Origin: a virus
Lineage: Duplodnaviria; Caudoviricetes
Reading direction: 5' to 3' (one strand)
DNA length: 55,259 nt
Virus record (IMG/VR): IMGVR_UViG_3300023184_005048
Span: 1 to 55,259 of that record
Each line of letters starts with the position of its first letter. Positions within the stretch are counted from its first letter, which is position 1. The notes below the pieces were generated by a model. That model worked only from the letters and a program-made list of their open reading frames with translations. It was not told the origin of the DNA and made no database searches. The position numbers and the translations under genes were made by a program. Below, piece after piece: positions 32,670 through 41,886 of the stretch.

Positions 32670-33158
32670 TTAAATTTTATTAGAAAGGTTTCTATTACTG
32701 AATTGTTTTAATCCAGTTACTTCGAGTAAAAGTTTATCTTCTATAAACTTAGGAATGTTTACTTTATGATTTTTTGTAGGAATTTCAATTTCAGCCACAA
32801 TAAGGTGGTGACCACTATTAAACATATCTACTTCCCAATATAAATCACCATCAGGATAAATCCATCTTTCTTTAGTTATGAATCTTGATTCAGTTGTAGA
32901 TAATAAACAATGTGATTTAAAATCTTGAAATTCTTTTTCGGTTAGAAACTTTTCATCTTCAAGGTTAACACCCTTTGAAACGCTTTTCTTTACAGTATGA
33001 ATATACGATTTACCATTAGTATTAGAATACCAAGACCTGGCTCTTTCCCAGACACCATTTGAATTTTTAAAGTAATACTGATCAATTTTAATAACCTCTG
33101 TAGGTTTAATATCAGGCATTGCTTTTAACAAAAATTTGCGTTCGATTTCTAATTTCAT
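32670..33158 (-). CDS. CYTH (triphosphate tunnel) domain protein
   Basis: EIERKFLL, K.R, WEVD.F, AEIE, SN..L. Confidence 0.85.
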   Translation of the reverse strand: MKLEIERKFLLKAMPDIKPTEVIKIDQYYFKNSNGVWERARSWYSNTNGKSYIHTVKKSVSKGVNLEDEKFLTEKEFQDFKSHCLLSTTESRFITKERWIYPDGDLYWEVDMFNSGHHLIVAEIEIPTKNHKVNIPKFIEDKLLLEVTGLKQFSNRNLSNKI

Positions 33159-33195
33159 TAATATAAATTGTTTTAGATTATATTTTTTATAACAG

Positions 33196-33226
33196 CAAAG
33201 ATATGATTTTTTTATTAAATATCAAA
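33196..33226 (-). promoter_or_regulatory. Bacteroidota-type sigma70 promoter
   Basis: TATCTTTG (-7) with TTTG 19 nt upstream. Confidence 0.65.
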
Positions 33227-33251
33227 AAAAAATCCTATCATTTGATAGGAT
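33224..33251 (-). terminator. Intrinsic terminator
   Basis: ATCCTATCA-aa-TGATAGGAT hairpin plus T-run on the minus strand. Confidence 0.75.
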
Positions 33252-33261
33252 CGAATTTTCT

Positions 33262-33360
33262 CTATTTTTTCATTTTTTTCTTCTCCTTGTACATTACTAT
33301 TGCTAGAGTAGACAATAGAACTACAGGTGTGGCAATAGCCGCGTAGATTTCTGAATTCAT
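33262..33360 (-). CDS. 32-aa single-TM peptide MNSEIYAAIATPVVLLSTLAIVMYKEKKKMKK
   Basis: Hand-translated; hydrophobic core plus basic tail; sits between the repeat RNA and the terminator. Confidence 0.55.
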   Translation of the reverse strand: MNSEIYAAIATPVVLLSTLAIVMYKEKKKMKK

Positions 33361-33375
33361 TAATAAGTTGGGTTA

Positions 33376-33616
33376 GTGTGGGGTTCAGTACCCACCCTAC
33401 TTCAAGGTAGACCCCTCCGTTAAGAGGAATTAAGAGTTAACCACTACGAAAACTCTTTTTAAGTAGAGTGGGTTTTGGTACCCACACTGTCTGAGACAGA
33501 CCCCCTAATTAAAGGGTAGTTAACCACTACGAAAACTTTGTGTGGAGTTGGGTATCCACCCTGTTAAAACAGACCCCTCCGTTAAGAGGATTAAGAGTTA
33601 ACCACTACGAAAACTC
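33376..33616 (-). ncRNA. Three tandem copies (33376-33455, 33466-33537, 33540-33616) of a four-hairpin structured RNA of unknown family
   Basis: Invariant 20-mer AGTTTTCGTAGTGGTTAACT; compensatory changes in three stems. Confidence 0.75.
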
Positions 33617-33668
33617 TTTAGTTTATACTTTACGATTTTTAAAAGTTGTAAAAAAATCGCAAATTTTG

Positions 33669-33755
33669 TGAGGAAGGGTAGGATTCGAACCTCCGAAGAC
33701 TTAAAAGCCAGCTGTGTTACGACACAACCACATTTGACCACTTTGTTACTTCCTC
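33669..33755 (-). tRNA. Atypical Tyr-like tRNA or pseudo-tRNA
   Basis: GAGGAAG/CTTCCTC acceptor, GGTTCGAATCC T-arm, long V-arm; irregular anticodon loop containing GTA without U33. Confidence 0.6.
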
Positions 33756-33862
33756 ATTTTTCGGACGGTGACCGCCTCCTATTTGGGCTCAAGCTTCGTG
33801 CTTTACTTTTAATTTCCCTCACCGTTTAGGTATCTTAATCTTTAATTATCTCTTTTGTTATA

Positions 33863-33893
33863 CAAAGATACAACAATTTTTTAATTCTCCAAA
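33863..33893 (-). promoter_or_regulatory. Bacteroidota-type promoter for the ncRNA unit
   Basis: TATCTTTG plus TTTG at 19 nt spacing. Confidence 0.65.
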
Positions 33894-34294
33894 CTTTTTT
33901 TCAAAATATTTTGACAAGTTTCTTTCCATTCAAAATGTTCTACATTAACAGGAAAACAATTATCACCTGTATATCTATTATTATCAAGAATATCCATTAG
34001 TTCAATATCATCATCATCTATATGAAAAATAAATTCCTTACCTGATAAAAAGTAAGACTTAGACTCCATACAAGTAAATTGGATATTTTCTTTTTTGATA
34101 CCACATTCTTTAGCAACATCAAATAGTTTTTGATTTTGTCCTTCTATCCAATGCCATTTTTTTTCTTTAGCGGCTTCATCACTAAAACGAGAGGTAACAA
34201 TCCAAACTTCGTATCCTTCATTCACCAAATATTTGGCAAACTTTTGAACATCCTTTCTAGATAAGGTACCATCAAAATCAAAACTTACTTTCAT
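33881..34294 (-). CDS. HAD-superfamily phosphatase-like protein
   Basis: SFDFDGTL, IVTSR, K, HIDDD. Confidence 0.75.
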   Translation of the reverse strand: MKVSFDFDGTLSRKDVQKFAKYLVNEGYEVWIVTSRFSDEAAKEKKWHWIEGQNQKLFDVAKECGIKKENIQFTCMESKSYFLSGKEFIFHIDDDDIELMDILDNNRYTGDNCFPVNVEHFEWKETCQNILKKSLEN

Positions 34295-34320
34295 AGTACA
34301 AAGATAATTAAAATAATCAA

Positions 34321-34641
34321 TTAAACAATAGGTTCTCCAGTAAAAAATAAATTAGTTTCTCTTAGAAGCTTTTCTAATCTCATAGAGTCTTCAGAAACAA
34401 CATCCCAACCATTACTATTTTTAGTAAATAGAAAATAGTATTTCTCTTTATCTATTTCTACATCATAGACTCTATCAATTTTTTCACTTATGTCAGATTC
34501 ATCATAATTTCTGGACCAAGATAAAATGTGATTTGATTCTTCATTTGTTTCAAAATTAACGGCTTTGAAACTGTAGTAATCTTCTAAATTTTCAACTACC
34601 CACATACCGTACTTTTCTTTGTCAAAGTAAACTTTTGCCAT
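34321..34641 (-). CDS. Hypothetical protein
   Basis: ORF track. Confidence 0.6.
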   Translation of the reverse strand: MAKVYFDKEKYGMWVVENLEDYYSFKAVNFETNEESNHILSWSRNYDESDISEKIDRVYDVEIDKEKYYFLFTKNSNGWDVVSEDSMRLEKLLRETNLFFTGEPIV

Positions 34642-34642
34642 A

Positions 34643-35005
34643 TTATAAATTTTTTTTAATCACTTCTGAAAATAACGATTTGAGTTCTTTTGTCAACTCA
34701 ATGTTATAATCATCCAATGTAACTTCAGTTACATCAATATCTTCGTAAGTGATTTCACAATCTGAATATGGTGGAGTGTAATAATCACCAGGATCGTATT
34801 CTATTCTACCGGATACTGATAAATCGTAGGTTATTACTAAATCTAAACCATCCACTTCAAATATCATAAACTCACATTCTCTGCTAAAGTGACCTTCATT
34901 TTCACATATTAATTCTTCCCATTCATCGGATTTTTTACAGTCAAAATCAACAGGTTTGTTGATTTTACTTGGGTCTAATGAATATGTAGAAATAAAGTTT
35001 GTCAT
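34643..35005 (-). CDS. Hypothetical acidic protein
   Basis: ORF track; DPGDYYTPP; TATCTTTG upstream (35025-35032). Confidence 0.65.
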   Translation of the reverse strand: MTNFISTYSLDPSKINKPVDFDCKKSDEWEELICENEGHFSRECEFMIFEVDGLDLVITYDLSVSGRIEYDPGDYYTPPYSDCEITYEDIDVTEVTLDDYNIELTKELKSLFSEVIKKNL

Positions 35006-35039
35006 ATATATTTCATTTATATCTCAAAGATATGAAAAA

Positions 35040-35915
35040 CTATTGTAAATTCAAAATTTTACAAAATTTTATATAATCTGAAAGGTCTTTTTCAGCTCTC
35101 CATTTAATTAAAGAGTATGTTTTCATCCATTCAGACTCTGTGTGCTGACCTTCATTTTTTCTTAAAGGTACAAATGTTATTTTTGATAAGTCATTATCAG
35201 TCCACATTTTAGCAACATCTAAAATAGAAATTGGATTACCACGACCTAGGTCAAAATTTTGACCTCTCCAATTACCTTCACTTATCTTAATTAAACCATT
35301 ACAAATATCTTCAACGTGAGTGAAGTCACGAGATTGTAAACCATCACCAACAACTGTTAATTGATCACCTTCTTCAAACTGTCTACCAAATTTAGCAACA
35401 ACTGTAGCCCACTCACCAATTCTTGGTTCTCTTGGACCATAAACATTATAAAATGTAGCCATTGCGCAATTCATATCAAAACAATTAGCATATGTTTTTA
35501 AGATACCTTCACCAACAACTTTATAGTAAGTATAAGGACTAATATAATCACCATGATTTTTAGAAGAAGTGGTGGCATAAACAACTATACCAGAGTTAGA
35601 TAATCTGGTAAACTCCATAACCTCAGAAGTGCCTAAAGAATTTGAACTAAAGTATTCTCTTGGATTATCAAAAGATGGTTGTATTCTTGCTTTTGCGGCT
35701 AAGTGAAATATTCTATCAAATTTATAACCAACAAAATACTTATTGATATCTTCAACTTTACCAATAATCAAATTTGCTTTTTCATTTTGGTTTTCAATAA
35801 ATGAAGACTCAGATGATAAGTCGTCTAATATAAAAACTTCATCACCTGAGTTAATTAATATATCTACCAAATTAGATCCAACAAATCCTAAACCACCAGT
35901 AACTAAAGACCTCAT
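35040..35915 (-). CDS. NAD-dependent nucleotide-sugar epimerase/dehydratase
   Basis: VTGGLGFVGS, HLAA, YxxxK, NVYGP, GDGLQSRDFTHV. Confidence 0.9.
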   Translation of the reverse strand: MRSLVTGGLGFVGSNLVDILINSGDEVFILDDLSSESSFIENQNEKANLIIGKVEDINKYFVGYKFDRIFHLAAKARIQPSFDNPREYFSSNSLGTSEVMEFTRLSNSGIVVYATTSSKNHGDYISPYTYYKVVGEGILKTYANCFDMNCAMATFYNVYGPREPRIGEWATVVAKFGRQFEEGDQLTVVGDGLQSRDFTHVEDICNGLIKISEGNWRGQNFDLGRGNPISILDVAKMWTDNDLSKITFVPLRKNEGQHTESEWMKTYSLIKWRAEKDLSDYIKFCKILNLQ

Positions 35916-36232
35916 TAACCCGCCACTTTTTTTATCTCCGAGAAAATTGATTTTCTTGGTTGTCTTACTTTTACATCATTATGCGAGTTGTCGGTATAAT
36001 CAACAACAGCTGATTTATGTGATCTATCCTCTTTTAATGAGCTTCCACCAAAACCAGATGAACTTTTCTTATTAGGATTAAACATATCACCTAATTTTTG
36101 ATAAGTTGATTCCCAAGTATTTCTTGGCTCACCTTGTCTTTCAAGAAAAGCAAGAATAGAATCTTTGCTAATCTCAGTAAATTTTTTTCCAGACGCTTGA
36201 ACAGCTTCTACTAAATCGTTAAATGTATTCAT
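35915..36232 (-). CDS. Hypothetical protein
   Basis: ORF track. Confidence 0.6.
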   Translation of the reverse strand: MNTFNDLVEAVQASGKKFTEISKDSILAFLERQGEPRNTWESTYQKLGDMFNPNKKSSSGFGGSSLKEDRSHKSAVVDYTDNSHNDVKVRQPRKSIFSEIKKVAG

Positions 36233-36237
36233 ATATT

Positions 36238-36726
36238 TTATTTTAATGTGATTACTTTGTTAAAACCTTCATCAGGTGTTATTGGTTGGTAAGAAGAAAT
36301 CATAGACTTTACAATTCTCATAGGAAGGTCTTTATTTTCTTCTTCAATTCTTTTTTGGTTACGTCTTACATATTCATCATCTGATAAAATAGGAAAAATA
36401 ACACCTAACTTATAGTAGTCGTTAGAGAAATAGTTTAGGTTTTGCTTTCTACGTTTAGAAGCCATGTGTGTCATATCAACAATCACATTCTTTTTAGCCG
36501 CATTAGCATCTAAAAACTTTTGAGTTAAAACTCTATCAACTTCTTTTTGATCTACACTGTTAAATGCTTCAGTATAGTTTCTTGAGCCATAAACTTCCAT
36601 AACAGTTTCATCACGACTAATTACTTCAGTCGTTGGAAAGTTTTCTCTAATCCAAGTTGTTTTACCAGATAAAGGTGGTCCGATAAGGATAATAACAAAT
36701 GGTTCTTTTAAGTATTTAAGATTCAT
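36238..36726 (-). CDS. P-loop kinase, polynucleotide kinase-like (AAA_33)
   Basis: GPPLSGKTTW, ISRD, VIVDMT, R...R lid, EGF. Confidence 0.8.
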   Translation of the reverse strand: MNLKYLKEPFVIILIGPPLSGKTTWIRENFPTTEVISRDETVMEVYGSRNYTEAFNSVDQKEVDRVLTQKFLDANAAKKNVIVDMTHMASKRRKQNLNYFSNDYYKLGVIFPILSDDEYVRRNQKRIEEENKDLPMRIVKSMISSYQPITPDEGFNKVITLK

Positions 36727-37328
36727 ATTAATTGAATTGATTTTTTAATTATTTCTGAGTGGTCAAATGCCATATCAACGGTTACATTACCGTCATAACT
36801 TACATCATTCCAAGTACATTCTGTAGCATCATCACCGGCTTTAACAACTGGCATTTCATCTAAAACAATAGCGAAAGCATGACTAACACAATTTTTATTT
36901 CGTGGATCACGATAAGGTTTATCAAAAGCACCTACATAGTAAAAATGACCTGGGTCAATTACTAAATTAGTTTCTTCTTCTAATTCACGAACAGCAGCAT
37001 CTAAAGGTTTTTCACCTTCATCAATGTTTCCACCTGGATTAGCCCACATACCAACAAATGGAGGTCGACCTCTTTTAATAGAAAGAACTTTATAGTTTGA
37101 ATCAGTATCAACAAGAACAACTAAGTCAACACAAGACATTCCTGTATCAACAATATCATTACCAATAACTCTTAGAATATAAGAATATCCTACTGTTAGT
37201 TTATTTTCTGATTTATTGAAGAAGTTACCAAAATTGGTATAAACTGTATTTTCTTTAATATCAAGAACTTTCAAAGGTCCTATCCACTCAGATGTATTGA
37301 ATTGATTAAACTTTTTTATAGTCGCCAT
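36723..37328 (-). CDS. NUDIX hydrolase
   Basis: PGGNIDEGE...AAVRELEEETNL, RDPR, AGDDA, AFDH. Confidence 0.9.
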   Translation of the reverse strand: MATIKKFNQFNTSEWIGPLKVLDIKENTVYTNFGNFFNKSENKLTVGYSYILRVIGNDIVDTGMSCVDLVVLVDTDSNYKVLSIKRGRPPFVGMWANPGGNIDEGEKPLDAAVRELEEETNLVIDPGHFYYVGAFDKPYRDPRNKNCVSHAFAIVLDEMPVVKAGDDATECTWNDVSYDGNVTVDMAFDHSEIIKKSIQLI

Positions 37329-37401
37329 TAATTGTGTATAATTTTTCGTCTTACAAAGATATGATTTATTTATTAATTTACCAATATAAAATTAATATAT
37401 A

Positions 37402-39282
37402 GTGTATATGATTTCAAAGTATAATAGTTTCGCATTAGATTTATTATTAGAAAAGGCTATCAACGAGTCTTTCTTATACTATTCGCCTAATGTTAGAAAA
37501 GCTTTAAGTAGAATAAAGTCTAATGATATTGCTTCTGAGTTATTAGGTTCAGAAGGAACTGATGTGAAACCAGATATGACTTTTATTGATTTAGGTAAAG
37601 AAGGTTATTTTTCTTTTATAACAATGAGAAATGCTAAACCTTTAATTGCTGCTAGATATCCTAATTTAGAGTGGGCTGATAATATTGAAACCGAATCAAT
37701 GCCTGACTTTGTAGATTATTCAAATGAGTTACATGAATTAGATATTGAAACTCAATCAAGAGGTACAGGTGTATTTACTAAATCAAGAAATGAAGTTGGT
37801 TTAGGTAGATTTGTTAATAAACTATTTCCCGGTAAATATAGTTCTAAAGAAGTTGAAGAATTTGTTAACTCATTCAAAGCTTCATTAGAAAAAGCTGGAG
37901 AACATTTTGATTTAGTTGAAGGTGATGATATTGAGTTTTGGTATAAATCTGAAAACTATAAAGAAAACTCTGGAACACTTGGTAATTCTTGTATGGCTCA
38001 AAAAAGAAATCTATTTGGAATCTATACTCAGAACCAAGATGTTTGTAAAATGTTAATTCTTAAAGAAGATGATAAGATTATAGGTAGAGCACTTGTTTGG
38101 AAATTAAATAGTATTAAAACTGGAAGAACAGATATTGAAGGTGCTCCAGAATACTTTATGGATAGACAATATACTATTAAAGAATCTGATGTTCAGAAAT
38201 TTAGAAACTATGCTATTGGTAAAGGTTGGACTTATAAATCATATAATAATCATCACAGTTTTGGAACTGTTAACATTAACGGTGAAGATAAAAATGTTCA
38301 AATGACTGTTAAAGTAAAAGATAAAGATTACAACAGATATCCTTATATGGATACTTTTAGAAGGTATGATGTTAGTAATGGTATTCTTTATAATGATGAT
38401 AATCAAGATCAAGAATATGAAGGTCAATATATTTTAGAAGATACTGGTGGTGGATATGCCGAAGTTGAAGGTGGTGTTTATTCTGAATGGTATGATAGAA
38501 GAATTGATGATGATGATGCTGTTTGGTCTGAGCCACTTAGTGATTATTTAATTAGAGATAGAGCTGTTGAAGTTCGTAGAGGTTATAGTAGAAGAAGAGG
38601 TTGGTATCCAGAAGATTATGATGATGTATTCTTTGATGAGGACCACGATGAATACTTCCACATAGATGATGGTGTTTATTCTGAAATTGAAAATAGAACT
38701 TTATGGAGCGAAACTGCTGTAAAAGTAGTTGATGAAATTTTTGGAGATGGTGATGTTCCAAGTTCAGATGATCAATATATGTATGAAGGTGATAGAGATA
38801 TTACTGAAATAGACACTGATTGGTTCTGGTTTGATAAAATTTCTGATAAATTTAAAGACTGGAGAGAATACAGTTACATTAGCCAAAAATTATTAGTTGT
38901 TGATTATAAAGGTAATTATATTCCTAAACAGTTTTCTATTACTACTTACAAAATTGAACCAAGAGATAATGCTGTTGATATAACAGGAGTTGAATATTTA
39001 AGTAAAGTAGATTCTTTAGGATTAGGATATAATATTATTGAATCCGAAATTAGAATAATTGATTGGTTTACTTACACAGAAACTATTTCTGAATATACAG
39101 ATATTCTTTTAGAAAGATTACCTAAGTTAATTAACAGATATGATGATGTTCTAAATAATAAAGGTCAGTTACAACTTCAATTCAAAGGTGATGAAGAACA
39201 AGAGTATAGAGATAAAGTTTCTATGAATAGAGCTCTTTGTCAGGATAGAGTAGAAAATTTAGAAGAAGAAACTTGGAACTAA
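37402..39282 (+). CDS. Large acidic hypothetical phage protein (probable start 37408)
   Basis: ORF; LGNSCM...GRALVW...MDRQY, YPYMDTF motifs; AATATATA at 37394-37401. Confidence 0.7.
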   Translation: MYMISKYNSFALDLLLEKAINESFLYYSPNVRKALSRIKSNDIASELLGSEGTDVKPDMTFIDLGKEGYFSFITMRNAKPLIAARYPNLEWADNIETESMPDFVDYSNELHELDIETQSRGTGVFTKSRNEVGLGRFVNKLFPGKYSSKEVEEFVNSFKASLEKAGEHFDLVEGDDIEFWYKSENYKENSGTLGNSCMAQKRNLFGIYTQNQDVCKMLILKEDDKIIGRALVWKLNSIKTGRTDIEGAPEYFMDRQYTIKESDVQKFRNYAIGKGWTYKSYNNHHSFGTVNINGEDKNVQMTVKVKDKDYNRYPYMDTFRRYDVSNGILYNDDNQDQEYEGQYILEDTGGGYAEVEGGVYSEWYDRRIDDDDAVWSEPLSDYLIRDRAVEVRRGYSRRRGWYPEDYDDVFFDEDHDEYFHIDDGVYSEIENRTLWSETAVKVVDEIFGDGDVPSSDDQYMYEGDRDITEIDTDWFWFDKISDKFKDWREYSYISQKLLVVDYKGNYIPKQFSITTYKIEPRDNAVDITGVEYLSKVDSLGLGYNIIESEIRIIDWFTYTETISEYTDILLERLPKLINRYDDVLNNKGQLQLQFKGDEEQEYRDKVSMNRALCQDRVENLEEETWN

Positions 39283-39707
39283 ATTCCAATTTGTTCTAAA
39301 GCTTTATCACGATTATATTGTTTAACTTTATCCGAAAAATTATTATCATAAGATTTCATTTTATAGAAGAGTTCTGTTTTAATAATAGCACCCCATTTAT
39401 TAACTTCAATATAATCATTAGTCCATAAATCTGTATATTTAGAATTTACTTTAACATAACACTCATAAAGATTATGTGACTTTCTATTTATAGTAATTAA
39501 ATTAATTTTACTAATGTGCCAATGTTTAGGCATTTTATTTTTTAATTGTGTAAAAACTCTTAAAGTAATAAATATCTTATGTATAAGAAATGATTTTGAA
39601 ATAGTAATGAAAGAAAACTCAATGAGTATATAAAGAAGAAGAAAAACACCGGACCATCCATTTATGGAAAATCCGATGTTACTTCCTTCTTGAAAAAAGT
39701 TAATCAT
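39279..39707 (-). CDS. Hypothetical membrane protein
   Basis: N-terminal hydrophobic stretch; C-terminal RDKALEQIGI. Confidence 0.6.
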   Translation of the reverse strand: MINFFQEGSNIGFSINGWSGVFLLLYILIEFSFITISKSFLIHKIFITLRVFTQLKNKMPKHWHISKINLITINRKSHNLYECYVKVNSKYTDLWTNDYIEVNKWGAIIKTELFYKMKSYDNNFSDKVKQYNRDKALEQIGI

Positions 39708-40417
39708 TATCTTGCGATTAAAAGTTGAATCTTTATATTCTCTGATGTTGATGAACGGTGATAACCATCAATCAATCTAAACTTACCATCTTTAACTAAA
39801 GCAATACCTCTAATACCATCATAATTCTTATCAGAATAATGGTCAAGATTTTTTGTATTCACTTTTCTATAATGCTCATCTGATCCAAAAATAATACTAT
39901 CTCTTTCAACAGTTTCTAATGAATATTGACGACCTTGTAAAGCAGGTAAAATGTTACCATACTCCAACATTAAAAGATATTCAATTCTTGATGTTAAATC
40001 AATTATTGAAAGAGCTTCATTAATTTGGTCTTCAATTTTTTGAGCAACAGAGTTTTCTAATAAAACATCATCAATTTCTTGACCATAGTATCCACCACAG
40101 ACTTGAACTTCCCAGTTTGATGGTTCGTATGCCTTATTGATTCTTAAAATTCTATCAATGGTATAAATATCAATTTCTTTTGAAACACCACCTAATATAG
40201 AATTAATAGCAGAGTTTCTTTTTGAAGATAAAGAGTTATCAAAAATAGAGTTATATATTTCGTTACCTATTGAAGGTATGTCAACTGTTACAACATGAGC
40301 ATTTTCTAAGGTCTCACAACGGCAAATACCTTCCTCATTACAACCGTGAGCTCCACAATCTCTGTGAGCGTCATAATCGTAATTAGTGTGATACTTAAAA
40401 CTTACTCCAACTATCAT
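39707..40417 (-). CDS. Hypothetical protein with a C-terminal ParB/Srx-like motif
   Basis: FRLIDGYHR; Cys cluster at the N-terminus. Confidence 0.55.
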   Translation of the reverse strand: MIVGVSFKYHTNYDYDAHRDCGAHGCNEEGICRCETLENAHVVTVDIPSIGNEIYNSIFDNSLSSKRNSAINSILGGVSKEIDIYTIDRILRINKAYEPSNWEVQVCGGYYGQEIDDVLLENSVAQKIEDQINEALSIIDLTSRIEYLLMLEYGNILPALQGRQYSLETVERDSIIFGSDEHYRKVNTKNLDHYSDKNYDGIRGIALVKDGKFRLIDGYHRSSTSENIKIQLLIAR

Positions 40418-40728
40418 TTGTTTTTAATTCTTGTTTTGTAGCTTTTACCATCATCTAATTTCTTATAGATGTAAAACTGGTTATATTTTAATTTCATATA
40501 AAGTTCTCTTAAAGAAGAACCCTCTAAGGCATACCAAGTTGTTGGTAGAATCTCATCTTTAACAAAAGGATTCCATCTATTAACTCTATCAATAGTCTTT
40601 TTCTTATCCTTTATTGGTTCATCAAAGTAATAAAAATGTTCGTGTTTAAGAGTAGCTTGTTTCTTTTTAAGTTCTTCTCCAATCTTTTCAATTAAATGTC
40701 TTGTAATGAAATTCATTTTAAATACCAT
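40414..40728 (-). CDS. Hypothetical protein
   Basis: ORF track. Confidence 0.55.
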   Translation of the reverse strand: MVFKMNFITRHLIEKIGEELKKKQATLKHEHFYYFDEPIKDKKKTIDRVNRWNPFVKDEILPTTWYALEGSSLRELYMKLKYNQFYIYKKLDDGKSYKTRIKNK

Positions 40729-41145
40729 TTATACAAATTTACCGTTAACAATTCCGTTGTGATAATATCTAAAGTCTGAAAGGTCTTTTCCTTCAATAAC
40801 TTTCAAATATCCATTAATAGCACCAATTATATTTTGACGACCAGAAGTATTATCAGTATGAGCATACCAATCTGGAAAGTGTTTTACATGGTCTAAACAA
40901 TAGTTGATTAAATAATCAGCCGCATCTTTGCCAGTCCACTCTTTACCATCTTTATCTACACAAGCCAAATCGTGGTCAAATGAAACTAATTCAATTTCAT
41001 TGAAATGTTTATTAACAATTTCAACAAATTCAAAATAGTCACGAGCAATCACCCACTTATCAGTTGGTAAATAATCCAAGCCTAAGCCCTTAACTGCGTT
41101 ATGAGCCATTCCTGGAATTCTGATATCGTCTAAAAAAAGATTCAT
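40729..41145 (-). CDS. Cyclic-phosphate-processing receiver-domain protein
   Basis: LFLDDIR.P, SFDHDL, TG.D, HTDN..G. Confidence 0.75.
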   Translation of the reverse strand: MNLFLDDIRIPGMAHNAVKGLGLDYLPTDKWVIARDYFEFVEIVNKHFNEIELVSFDHDLACVDKDGKEWTGKDAADYLINYCLDHVKHFPDWYAHTDNTSGRQNIIGAINGYLKVIEGKDLSDFRYYHNGIVNGKFV

Positions 41146-41148
41146 TTT

Positions 41149-41325
41149 TTAATTTAAGTACACTCCTTTGTTTGTACAATAAAGGTCTAAATAGAGTGCC
41201 ATATTAAACCAGGTTTCAAATTCTTGATTGTCTGCTGATGTTTCTAATCTTTGGATTAAGAAGTCAGCCATTGGTTGAGCCCAACTCATAATAAATTTAG
41301 CTCTTAATTCTTTTAATTTTTTCAT
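41149..41325 (-). CDS. Hypothetical 58-aa protein
   Basis: Hand-translated MKKLKELRAKFIMSWAQPM...GVYLN; ATGA overlap with the upstream gene. Confidence 0.55.
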   Translation of the reverse strand: MKKLKELRAKFIMSWAQPMADFLIQRLETSADNQEFETWFNMALYLDLYCTNKGVYLN

Positions 41326-41777
41326 ACGTTATAATTATTGTTAAGAAATTCTTTTTCTACTTTAGTAAGTGAGTCTAAACCCACTTGACTTATTCTATCT
41401 AATATAGTGTCAATATCTAAATTGTTGTATATCCAATCATCTAAATCATCAATAAAAAATGAAAATTTCATTGAATCAATTGGATTCACTTTAGGACCTA
41501 ATTCTAAGTTTAAATCAAAATTTGACTTTAATATATCTTTAGATAAATCAGTTAGTTCAAATTTAACTAAATTTTCTGAAAGTACACCTAAATATCTTTT
41601 AACTTCTATTGGTTCAGCTATAGTAAAAAATGTATAAACTCCATCTTCTTCATAATCAAAAAAAGAATCCGCATTCATATCAGCAATCTTCTCCTTATCT
41701 ATGTCAGAAAGTCTGTCATAGTCCTCATTTAAGTCAAATGGCGACTTAGTAAATTTAATTTTGTAAACGCAGTACAT
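41322..41777 (-). CDS. Hypothetical protein
   Basis: ORF; C-terminal IDTILDRISQVGLDSLT..EKEFL motif. Confidence 0.65.
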   Translation of the reverse strand: MYCVYKIKFTKSPFDLNEDYDRLSDIDKEKIADMNADSFFDYEEDGVYTFFTIAEPIEVKRYLGVLSENLVKFELTDLSKDILKSNFDLNLELGPKVNPIDSMKFSFFIDDLDDWIYNNLDIDTILDRISQVGLDSLTKVEKEFLNNNYNV

Positions 41778-41886
41778 AGATTATATATTCACAAATATAA
41801 TAAAATTTTTTTGATTTAGGAAATTTAAATTCATGAAACATCATGATATCCTTTATAAACATTATTAATATTATAAATATAATTGT

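Noticed and set aside
33376-33616. CRISPR or TIGR array reading of the triple repeat
   Set aside because: Units are separated by only 2-10 nt, the variable parts are covarying stems rather than spacers, there are no C/D boxes, and no cas or Nop-domain gene is nearby.
33376-33616. Hammerhead ribozyme or T-box reading (CGAAA and GGGTGG.TAC motifs)
   Set aside because: No CUGANGA core on either strand, and no T-box stem I or linked terminator per unit.
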